Below are positions 1-7,536 of a stretch of DNA of 64,000 nucleotides, piece after piece; the first letter of the stretch is position 1; every line of letters begins with the position of its first letter. Under the pieces are notes generated by a model. The model did not search any database. It had not been told where the DNA came from and was given only the letters and a program-made list of their open reading frames with translations. Location of the stretch: assembly GCA_964619975.1 (NCBI GenBank), contig CAZUIY010000042.1:278-64277 (forward strand), written 5' to 3'. The translations under genes and the position numbers were made by a program. Source of the DNA: an uncultured Gemmatimonadales bacterium (GTDB lineage: Bacteria > Gemmatimonadota > Gemmatimonadetes > JACCXV01 > JAHWKZ01).

Positions 1-1
1 A

Positions 2-3000
2 TCACCCCAGCAAGTCAACGTCGAATCGGTAATCAAGGCGATTACCAAAAGGTGGAAGAACGCGCCTGATGTGGTCATCGTTCAAGACATGAACGACAAG
101 GCTATTCCTGAAGCAGTCCGGGCGGAGAATCAGCGCCAGCTATCGCAAGGGGCAATCGGGGAACCTGAAGGCTTCATTGCCGGGAACAAGGTTTATCTCG
201 TCGCATCACAGCTAAAGACTCCCGGCGATGTGACTCGGGTACTCCTGCATGAATCGCTTGGACACTTCGGCCTTCGCGGAGTATTCGGCCAGGAACTAAA
301 CACCGTATTGAAACAGGTCGCCGCGCTGCGACGCAGTGACATAGAAGCCAAGGCCAAGCAGTACGGGCTTGATGTTTCCAAGGAAACGGACCGGCTGATA
401 GCGGCAGAAGAAGTGCTAGCTGAGTTATCTCAAAATCAACCAAGGAATAACTTGGTTCAACGCGCCATAGCTGTAATACGCGCATGGCTGCGTAACAACA
501 TTCCAGGCTTTGAAAACCTGAAGCTATCCGACGCGGAAATAATAGAAGGAATCCTGAACCCCGCAAGGCGGTTCGTGCAGAAAGGAAGGGTGATAAACGC
601 GCGAGCTAAAGAGGCGGCATTTTCCCGAAATCAAACGACGACGACAGCGTTTAAGAAGTGGTTTGAGGATAGCAAGGTGGTTGATGCGAACGGGAAGCCC
701 ATGATTATGTACCATGGCACAAGTTCCGACTTTGCCAAGTTCGATAACGATGTTGATACCAAGGGCTCCATGGGTAACAGCGTCGGGTTCTATTTCTCAG
801 CCTCGATAGAAGCCGCGAACGACTACGGCAGCGAAGGGCAAGTAATGCCTGTTTATCTGAGAATTAAAAACCCCCTACGTATTGATAGTCGCATGGTCAA
901 CCACGATGCGATTGGAGATATGATCGGACTCAACTTGAGTAAAGTTTACGGAGCACCAGAGCGAGCGGAGGTGTATTGGTTCTTTAAGAACGGTGGGGCG
1001 TACGACGGAAGGAAGGAGGCGCGTGTTGGGGATGCAGTAGTTGCCGCAGCTAAAGCAAAAGGTTACGACGGCGCTATTTTCAAAGAGCGCATTGGCGGCA
1101 AGACAGTAGACGTTTATCTTGCCTTCGATGCGGAACAAATCAAGTCCGCAACCGGCAATCAAGGCACGTTCGACCCAAACAATCCCGATATTCGCTTTTC
1201 CCGTACGACACCCTCATCAACCCCCACCCCTTTCCGCGAACGCTTCGACAAAATCGCAGACTCCCTGATCTATAACTTTCAAGACCGCTTCAAGCCCTTA
1301 AAGGACATTCAAAAGCGCGCTGGTCCCGTATCCGAGGACGCGGACGCCGCCCTTGCCGAAGAACGCTATTCCGGCACGGTACGCGCTCGCCTCGATACCT
1401 TTAACGACTCCATGCGTGATCCTCTCCTGAAGGCCATCCATGACTCGGGGGTGGAATACGAGAAAGTCGAGGAATATCTCCATGCCCTGCACGCGCCCAG
1501 CCGCAACCGGGCAATGCAGGAAATCAATCCGACCGAATCCGAACTCAAGGCACAAGTAGCTGCACTGGAAAAGCAGCGCGATACGCTGACCAATGATCCG
1601 GGCGTGAAGCGCTTCCTCGATCAACGCAGAAAACTGCGGCAGGCCGAGGCCGACATTGAGGACGGCATAGCGGACGAATCGCTGGCGTCCGTCATCAGAA
1701 ACGAGATAGCCAGATTGAGGAAAGAGCGCAGCGTCAAGGACTACGCCGATACGATAGACCGGCTCAAAGCCTTGCGCCTCGTCAAACCCTTTGAAGGTGA
1801 CAACACAGCCCTGTCGGGCATGAGCGATGCGAAAGCAAGGCAGGTGATTGCCGAGGCTGAGAAGAGCGGCAAACGTGCGGCTCTGGATAAAATCTCCGGG
1901 ATCATCAACCAGATCACGGCCAGGACACGGGAAATCTACGTGGAAGGCGGACTGGAAAAGGCGGACGCTATCGAAGCATGGAACCGCAAATATGAAAACT
2001 ATGTGCCGCTGCACCGGGAGGAAGTCTCCGGAAACGGCATGCCAAGAGTGGGGCAGGGCTTCAACATCAAGGGCAAAGAGTCCAAACGGGCGACCGGATC
2101 AACCAGGGAAGTTCAGAACATTCTTGCGCATGTGGTGGCGCAGCATGAAGCCGCAATCGTCCGGTCTGAAAAGGCAAGGGTGGATCGCGCCTTGTTCCAG
2201 TTCGCCACACTGAATCCAGACCCGTCGCTTTGGACACTGGACAATGCGCCGATGCTGAGAACAGTCGATCCTGTCTCAGGATTCGTGGTGGAGCGAGTCG
2301 ATCCCACATACAAGAACCGGGATGAAGTGCTGACGCTCAAGATCGACGGTGAAGAGCATACCATCACCTTCAACGAGCAGAATCAGGAAGCGATGAGGCT
2401 TGCCGCTTCCATGAAGAACCTCTCATCGACCGACATGGGCGAAGTCACCCAAATGGTGGGGCGCTTCACCCGGTTCCTTGCCACGATGAACACCACGGCC
2501 AATCCGGTATTCGTGGCGCGGAACTTCATGCGTGACTTGCAAACCGCCTACGTCAACCTGTCCGATACCGAGATTGCCGGGAAGAAGCGGGAAGTGTTCC
2601 GGAACATTCCGGACGCCATCCGGGGCATGTGGAATCTGTCCCGAGGAAAGAAGAGTTCCAAATGGGCCAAGTACGCGCAGGAGTTCAAGGCCGCAGGTGG
2701 ACAAACCGGATGGATGGAACATTACAAGGACATTGGCACTCGCGCAGATGCTTTGAAGAAGGAACTTGCCACCATGCAACCAGGCAAGCTCAACGCATCG
2801 CGCCGTGCGCTAAAGTCGTGGTGGGGAATCATCGAGGACGCCAACAACGCAGTCGAGAACGGGGCGCGGCTGTCTGCCTATGTCGCTGCCAGGCAGTCTG
2901 GACTATCAGAAGGCAAGGCCGCATCGATTGCCAAGAACTTGACCGTCAACTTCAATGCCCGTGGGGCCAAGTCTGTCGAACTCAATGCCTGGTTCATGTT

Positions 3001-4078
3001 CATGAACGCTTCCATTCAGGGAAGTGCTCGACTCATAAAGGCCATGAACAGCCGTCAGGTGCGGAAGATCGTGGCTGGGGTGGTGCTGTCCGGTTTCCTG
3101 ATGGATATACTCGCCCGGGCAATGGCAGGGGATGACGATGAGGACGGAGAGAACGATTACGACCAACTGCCAGAACACACCAAGGCCATGAACTTTGTTT
3201 TCATGGTGGACGGGCAACCAGTCACAATCCCGATGCCCTATGGCTACAACTTCTTTGCCAGCGCGGGACGCAAAATGTCGGAAATGATTTTCCGCGAGAA
3301 CTACAGCCCGGTCAGGAGTGCTGTGGATCTGGCTGCTGTATTCGTGGATGCCTTCAGCCCGACCGGACAGGCGGGATCGGCGCTTCAATTCGTGGCCCCA
3401 ACAATTGCCGACCCTGCTGTTCAATGGGCGGAAAACAAGAACTTCGCGGGCAACCCACTGAGGCGCGAACAGCATCCTTTCGGTGTGCCGAATCCCGAAT
3501 ACCAGATGGGATTCAAATCGACCAGCGCTCCGGCGAAATGGCTGGCCGAATCGTTGAACACCGCATCGGGTGGGAACGAGGTTCGGCCGGGATTCGTCAA
3601 CGTCAATCCTGCATTCTTTGACTTCGCAGTATCGAGCATTGCCGGAGGCGCGGGAAGAACCTATCTGCAAGTGGCAAGCGGCCCCTTGAAAGCTACCGGG
3701 GATGACAAGATACAGGCGCGTGAGGTTCCATTCCTCAATATCTTCGTGGGCGCCCGTCCTGAATATCAGACGGAACGCAAATACTTCGAGGCCGTGCGCG
3801 AAGTCGAAATGGCACAGAAGGAACTGAAGACCTACCGGGAAAAGGGCGACATTGACATGGTGCGCCGCATCCGGGAAGAACACCGGGCAGCGCTGCGGCT
3901 CATCGAAGCGGAGAAGGAAGCCAAGCGCATTCTGTCAAACCTTCGACGCCGTGACCTGGCGCTTGACAAGGTGGGACTTGAAAACAAGGGACAGTTGAGG
4001 CGGGAGATAGAAGAGAAGCGCCGGGAAGTCATGGCGCGGTTCAACAGGCAATACCGGGAAGCAATGAACGTACAGTAG
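2..4078 (+). CDS. 3' part (at least 1358 codons) of a giant multidomain polyvalent-type protein; 5' end outside the window
   Basis: Frame 2 is open from nt 2, with no stop before the tabulated M at 71. It carries the motif VLLHESLGHFGLRGVFG (HEx3H, metallopeptidase-like). An ART-like block follows: MIMYHGTSSDFAKFD..SVGFYFSASIEAANDYG..PVYLRIKNPL. After that come about 950 aa of helical sequence with hydrophobic segments and a basic coiled-coil tail. All overlapping antisense ORFs are much shorter. Confidence 0.8.
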   Translation, partial: SPQQVNVESVIKAITKRWKNAPDVVIVQDMNDKAIPEAVRAENQRQLSQGAIGEPEGFIAGNKVYLVASQLKTPGDVTRVLLHESLGHFGLRGVFGQELNTVLKQVAALRRSDIEAKAKQYGLDVSKETDRLIAAEEVLAELSQNQPRNNLVQRAIAVIRAWLRNNIPGFENLKLSDAEIIEGILNPARRFVQKGRVINARAKEAAFSRNQTTTTAFKKWFEDSKVVDANGKPMIMYHGTSSDFAKFDNDVDTKGSMGNSVGFYFSASIEAANDYGSEGQVMPVYLRIKNPLRIDSRMVNHDAIGDMIGLNLSKVYGAPERAEVYWFFKNGGAYDGRKEARVGDAVVAAAKAKGYDGAIFKERIGGKTVDVYLAFDAEQIKSATGNQGTFDPNNPDIRFSRTTPSSTPTPFRERFDKIADSLIYNFQDRFKPLKDIQKRAGPVSEDADAALAEERYSGTVRARLDTFNDSMRDPLLKAIHDSGVEYEKVEEYLHALHAPSRNRAMQEINPTESELKAQVAALEKQRDTLTNDPGVKRFLDQRRKLRQAEADIEDGIADESLASVIRNEIARLRKERSVKDYADTIDRLKALRLVKPFEGDNTALSGMSDAKARQVIAEAEKSGKRAALDKISGIINQITARTREIYVEGGLEKADAIEAWNRKYENYVPLHREEVSGNGMPRVGQGFNIKGKESKRATGSTREVQNILAHVVAQHEAAIVRSEKARVDRALFQFATLNPDPSLWTLDNAPMLRTVDPVSGFVVERVDPTYKNRDEVLTLKIDGEEHTITFNEQNQEAMRLAASMKNLSSTDMGEVTQMVGRFTRFLATMNTTANPVFVARNFMRDLQTAYVNLSDTEIAGKKREVFRNIPDAIRGMWNLSRGKKSSKWAKYAQEFKAAGGQTGWMEHYKDIGTRADALKKELATMQPGKLNASRRALKSWWGIIEDANNAVENGARLSAYVAARQSGLSEGKAASIAKNLTVNFNARGAKSVELNAWFMFMNASIQGSARLIKAMNSRQVRKIVAGVVLSGFLMDILARAMAGDDDEDGENDYDQLPEHTKAMNFVFMVDGQPVTIPMPYGYNFFASAGRKMSEMIFRENYSPVRSAVDLAAVFVDAFSPTGQAGSALQFVAPTIADPAVQWAENKNFAGNPLRREQHPFGVPNPEYQMGFKSTSAPAKWLAESLNTASGGNEVRPGFVNVNPAFFDFAVSSIAGGAGRTYLQVASGPLKATGDDKIQAREVPFLNIFVGARPEYQTERKYFEAVREVEMAQKELKTYREKGDIDMVRRIREEHRAALRLIEAEKEAKRILSNLRRRDLALDKVGLENKGQLRREIEEKRREVMARFNRQYREAMNVQ

Positions 4079-4082
4079 AAGC

Positions 4083-4161
4083 AAGGCAAGTTATCCACCG
4101 GCTCCGATATTTTGCGTCCTTTTCACTTGACGCCTATCTTCGCCCGAGGATAACTTGCCTT
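4083..4161. repeat. Perfect 14-bp inverted repeat (AAGGCAAGTTATCC at 4083-4096, GGATAACTTGCCTT at 4148-4161) in the convergent gap between the giant gene and traM
   Basis: Read directly from the sequence. The 51-bp spacer contains a smaller GCGTC..GACGC hairpin. Confidence 0.9.
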
Positions 4162-4212
4162 TGAAGACTGACTTGAACGAGATTGCCCACACCACAAGGG
4201 CGTGGACAACTC

Positions 4213-4632
4213 TCAGATGATTGCAAGCGCTGCGCCAAGAGTCACCACGGCGCAGACTGCCGATACCGACGCGGCAACCATGGTCCCGCGATACGCCTTC
4301 ACGATCCGGTTTGCCACCGGGTCGAGTTCCCTCAGAAGATTCGCCTGGGCTTCTTCCATTGCAGCTGTCACAGCAAAGTTCACCTGCTCTGCAACATAAT
4401 CCGCAGCATCCGTAATCACCCTTCCGGCGGTTTCCTTTGCCGTCACCGAACTCTTCTGAAGCGCATTCTCTACGCGCTTGAAATGCGTTTCACTGATCGA
4501 TTCCAGGTTCCTTATCATCTGTTCCAGAACAATATCGTTCACCCGCATGGAGTCCAGGAGAGGATCGTCATCTTCAATAACTCTTCCGTACTTTACGGAC
4601 GCCTCTTTCTTCACTTCCTCAAGATCAAGCAT
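4213..4632 (-). CDS. traM: TraM-like conjugal transfer protein (last gene of the traK-L-M leader operon)
   Basis: It sits directly downstream of traL. It is 139 aa, helical, with a C-terminal TM segment (VSAVCAVVTLGAALAII). The call rests on synteny and architecture only. Confidence 0.55.
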   Translation of the reverse strand: MLDLEEVKKEASVKYGRVIEDDDPLLDSMRVNDIVLEQMIRNLESISETHFKRVENALQKSSVTAKETAGRVITDAADYVAEQVNFAVTAAMEEAQANLLRELDPVANRIVKAYRGTMVAASVSAVCAVVTLGAALAII

Positions 4633-4641
4633 GGCATCCTC

Positions 4642-5367
4642 CTATTTGATCACTTCATCAAGCTGCTTGAAGATGGAATCACGAACCCTGAATAGGCGTG
4701 ATCGAATCATCTGATTGAAATCTGGAGAAGACAATGCTTCCTCGAACGTGAGCCACGAACCAAGCATTTTCTTCATGGCGTCACCGTGCATGGTCCCGGC
4801 TTCATGTTCCAGGCGAACGATCCCGTGAACGCGCTCTTTGTTTTTTTTATACGCCTTCATTTCCTCGAAATGTTTTCCATCAGAGGTAATCTGGCCCGCA
4901 TGGGCGTTAAGCCACACGACGATCCTGGCTGATGCCGGCATGTGGTTTGCCACGGCATTGAATCCTGAGAGGGTAGGGACCAAATCTTGGTCACCTTTTA
5001 TGATCGTGTGGATATAAACTTGCTTTCCGCTTTGCTGGATCATGTTGATAATGTCGTTCTCTATGATGTACGACGTGAGCGCTACGAAACTGGATGCGCC
5101 GTTATCAATCACGAAGTTTGAATCCTCATCAATGATCTGCATGATCATTTCGTCAAACCTCTCTGGATCAATCTTGTGATCACTTCCAACCACTTCCAAC
5201 CGGCGGGCTTTGAGCGCTTTGTATCCTGCAAGAGTGGCATTGATCGGATCAATATCAATTGGCACAACCGGCCTTGTGTTGCTCATCAAATATTGGACGA
5301 CCAAGGACGAAAGCAAAGACTTTCCAACCCCTCCTTTTCCTTGCAGCGTGAAATGTGCCTGTTTCAT
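4642..5367 (-). CDS. traL: TraL-like P-loop ATPase (ParA/MinD fold)
   Basis: An internal start MKQAHFTLQGKGGVGKS carries a deviant Walker A and is preceded by an AGGAG SD at 5371-5375. The tabulated 358-aa form would overlap traK. Confidence 0.85.
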   Translation of the reverse strand: MKQAHFTLQGKGGVGKSLLSSLVVQYLMSNTRPVVPIDIDPINATLAGYKALKARRLEVVGSDHKIDPERFDEMIMQIIDEDSNFVIDNGASSFVALTSYIIENDIINMIQQSGKQVYIHTIIKGDQDLVPTLSGFNAVANHMPASARIVVWLNAHAGQITSDGKHFEEMKAYKKNKERVHGIVRLEHEAGTMHGDAMKKMLGSWLTFEEALSSPDFNQMIRSRLFRVRDSIFKQLDEVIK

Positions 5368-5392
5368 TTTCTCCTTACTCCTTGTGGTGGTT

Positions 5393-5761
5393 TCACAATA
5401 AATCGTTGTCATCTTCAGACAGGGATTCTTCAAACCTGCTTCCCCGTTTCTTTCCTTCTGATTCTTCTCCCCTGCCGCTGTAAGTTTCAACTGGTTTCTT
5501 CGGTACGGCAACATCAACTTTCTCGGTTTCGACGGCAACAGGTTCTCTCTCAGCTGGCTCAACGCCTGCCTTGCTCCGGATGTATTTATTAACGTAGTTA
5601 ACGAACTGGCTGTAACCGATACCAAGTTCCTTCTGATAATCCTCATATATCGCTGCCATTGTATATCCAGCATTGAACCTCTCCTTGATGGCGTCCTGAC
5701 GTGCCAGGAACGCCACACGTCCGGAGCCGATACGCTTATTTTTTGGTGGCTTCATCGACAA
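5393..5761 (-). CDS. traK: TraK-like oriT-binding relaxosome protein
   Basis: It is the first gene diverging from the oriT region. The N-terminal block RVAFLARQDAIKERFNAGYTMAAIYEDY..FVNYVNKYIRSK resembles IncP TraK, and the C-terminal tail is acidic. Confidence 0.65.
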   Translation of the reverse strand: MSMKPPKNKRIGSGRVAFLARQDAIKERFNAGYTMAAIYEDYQKELGIGYSQFVNYVNKYIRSKAGVEPAEREPVAVETEKVDVAVPKKPVETYSGRGEESEGKKRGSRFEESLSEDDNDLL

Positions 5762-6048
5762 TATTCCTCCGAAATTTCCTCAGACTGCCAACTCATTATA
5801 TTGCATAATTCTGTTCATTTCTATGGAATACAGTGGAAGAGTAAAAAAAAGAGTATAAAACTGTGTATTGCATGGCAGGATTTCATAATTCTGTATATAA
5901 TTACAGTGATTTCTACTGAAATCTTTTTTAGTTCGTAACAGATAGTAAGGCAAGATGTGTATTGTGGGCCTACGCGCTACGCGCTTCTGCCACAATACGA
6001 GAAAATCGGTCACTTATTCGCCTTTCGTCTCAACGGAGGAAACCGACT
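5762..6048. promoter_or_regulatory. oriT: Putative oriT and divergent promoter region
   Basis: This AT-rich non-coding gap lies between the divergent traK and traJ-side operons. The minus strand reads GAAATCCTG/CCATG (rc of 5875-5881), matching the IncP nick core ATCCTG/C. An 11-bp direct repeat CATAATTCTGT occurs at 5804-5814 and 5884-5894, exactly 80 bp apart. TACAGTG occurs at 5829-5835 and 5902-5908. A 9-bp-arm inverted repeat GTATTGTGG/CCACAATAC lies at 5959-5967 and 5990-5998. Confidence 0.55.
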
Positions 6049-6180
6049 ATGAACAACCAAGCCATCTATGAATATGAACTTGAGCAGGCACAATTCCTGA
6101 TGCAACAGTACGAGGGTGGTGTGCCGGAACCAACCGAAGAAACCAAGCCGATACTTGAACAATACGAGGAGGAAGAATGA
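6049..6180 (+). CDS. Small acidic hypothetical protein (43 aa)
   Basis: ATG at 6049 is preceded by GGAGGAAA. The product ends in YEEEE-stop, with an ATGA overlap onto the next ORF. Confidence 0.4.
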   Translation: MNNQAIYEYELEQAQFLMQQYEGGVPEPTEETKPILEQYEEEE

Positions 6181-6383
6181 GAGACAGGGAAGAAGACGCG
6201 CCCGAACCCTCAGTAGCCGATGAACCAATCGTTCGATTAAGGGTTGAGGGTGGGCATGTGTACGCTGACTTTCTCCGACTCAATAATCTTCCTGATGGAA
6301 CTCTGCTTTACGCTCGGAATGGGACAAAGGAAAAGGACGCTTTCGAGAAATTTAAGGCAATGAAGAGGGCGGCAAAACCATGA
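6177..6383 (+). CDS. Hypothetical protein (68 aa)
   Basis: It is translationally coupled (ATGA) at both ends. Confidence 0.5.
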   Translation: MRDREEDAPEPSVADEPIVRLRVEGGHVYADFLRLNNLPDGTLLYARNGTKEKDAFEKFKAMKRAAKP

Positions 6384-6544
6384 AACAGTTCACGGTAAAG
6401 ATGAAATGCCTGGTTTACAAAACGGCAACATTTGAATGCGAAAGCATAGAAGATGCCGAGGGATTTGCTTTGGAGTACGCCACCCGCGTAACGAAATCCG
6501 AAATGTCAGATTGGGAAGTCTTGAGCGTGGAGGAAAACAAATGA
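6380..6544 (+). CDS. Hypothetical protein (54 aa, below the ORF-table cutoff)
   Basis: Read by hand as MKQFTVKMKCLVYKTATFECESIEDAEGFALEYATRVTKSEMSDWEVLSVEENK. It has ATGA overlaps at both ends. Confidence 0.45.
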   Translation: MKQFTVKMKCLVYKTATFECESIEDAEGFALEYATRVTKSEMSDWEVLSVEENK

Positions 6545-6837
6545 GCCACACAGAAGGAAAATTGAAGGCAGACGGTGCGTTGATCAAAAATCAAAATGGG
6601 GAAATGGTGGCGGCCACGGAGGGGAGCCAGAGTAATCACGAAGCCAACGCCCGCCGCCTTGTGGCTTGCTGGAATGCGCTTCTGCCATTCACCACTGAGC
6701 AGGTCGAGAATGGAATTGATCTAGTGAAGTTGATGCAAGAACGTGACGAACTACTGGCGACTTTGCGCGATTTGTATCTGAACGGGAATGCGGAAAACGT
6801 TGAATCCATTCTCGCCAAATACGAGGAAGAAGAATGA
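6541..6837 (+). CDS. Hypothetical small phage-type protein (98 aa)
   Basis: Internal start MSHTEGKLKADG. The motif HEANARRLVACWNALLPF is reminiscent of common small phage proteins. The product ends in YEEEE-stop with an ATGA overlap. Confidence 0.5.
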   Translation: MSHTEGKLKADGALIKNQNGEMVAATEGSQSNHEANARRLVACWNALLPFTTEQVENGIDLVKLMQERDELLATLRDLYLNGNAENVESILAKYEEEE

Positions 6838-7277
6838 ACGACAAAGAAAAACCAGAGATTGATGCGCTCAAGGAGGAAATTGAGCTATGCCACAAAAAGC
6901 TAGAAGGACTGGATGAGCTTATTGATGCGCTCAAGGCAGAACTGCATGGAATGGAGGAGCTGTATCGGAAAAAAGTAGACGACTGCGCGGAAATGGAAGT
7001 GAGCATGCACCGCCAGATCGAGAAGATCAAGGCCGAGAACAAAAAACTCTGCGAAGTAAAACTCGCAGCCGCCCCGACACCGCCGGCGCAGGATGAGGCG
7101 ACTATTTACCAAGTTCGTCTTGTAGGAGAAACTGGAAACAAAGGGCCGTGGACAGATGCGGATAAAGAAATGTACGAGCAGTGCGATTGGAGCGGGTGGG
7201 AGAGAAGGGCGCTCTACACCCGCCCCCAATCCGACAAACTACGGAAGGCGTCGGGAAGTGGCCCGTCCTCGCGGTAA
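6834..7277 (+). CDS. Coiled-coil hypothetical protein (147 aa)
   Basis: The N-terminal half is heptad-rich. It overlaps the predicted traJ start by 20 nt. Confidence 0.5.
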   Translation: MNDKEKPEIDALKEEIELCHKKLEGLDELIDALKAELHGMEELYRKKVDDCAEMEVSMHRQIEKIKAENKKLCEVKLAAAPTPPAQDEATIYQVRLVGETGNKGPWTDADKEMYEQCDWSGWERRALYTRPQSDKLRKASGSGPSSR

Positions 7278-7536
7278 ACCCATCAAGGTTTTCGTGACCG
7301 AGGAAGAGAAGGCCGAGATTGTCCGCCGGGCTGATTCAGCAAATCTCTCCCTTTCTTCCTACCTTCGCGCAGCCGGGATGAATCACTCTGTCCGCTCCGT
7401 CATGGACGTTTGCGCCGTCACCGAACTTGCCCGGATACACAGCGAACTCGGGCGGATCGCGGAAGAGAAGACCATGGAAGAACTGCGGGACATTCAAACG
7501 ATGATCCATGGGTTGATGGGAAGAGCAATAAGGTGA
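7258..7536 (+). CDS. traJ: TraJ-like (MobC family) ribbon-helix-helix relaxosome accessory protein
   Basis: GTG start at 7258. The block PIKVFVTEEEKAEIVRRADSANLSLSSYLRAAG..VTELARIHSELGRIA parallels RP4 TraJ. Its stop overlaps the relaxase start (GTGA). Confidence 0.75.
   Translation: MARPRGKPIKVFVTEEEKAEIVRRADSANLSLSSYLRAAGMNHSVRSVMDVCAVTELARIHSELGRIAEEKTMEELRDIQTMIHGLMGRAIR

Noticed and set aside
2906-3883. A 325-aa minus-strand ORF, plus several 60-240-aa ORFs, inside the giant gene (2-4078).
   Set aside because: They are shadow ORFs antisense to a much longer continuous frame. Similar shadows were rejected at 18953-19894 (in trbE), 42190-42900 and 43030-43620 (in the portal gene), 46279-47142 (in the scaffold gene), 58940-59854 and 60628-61521 (in the ejection-protein genes), and 62905-63624 (in the right-edge giant ORF).
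4642-5718. The tabulated 358-aa form of the TraL ORF.
   Set aside because: The N-terminal 117 codons overlap traK in another frame and lack an SD. The ATG at 5367 has an AGGAG SD and gives a protein that starts just before the Walker A motif.
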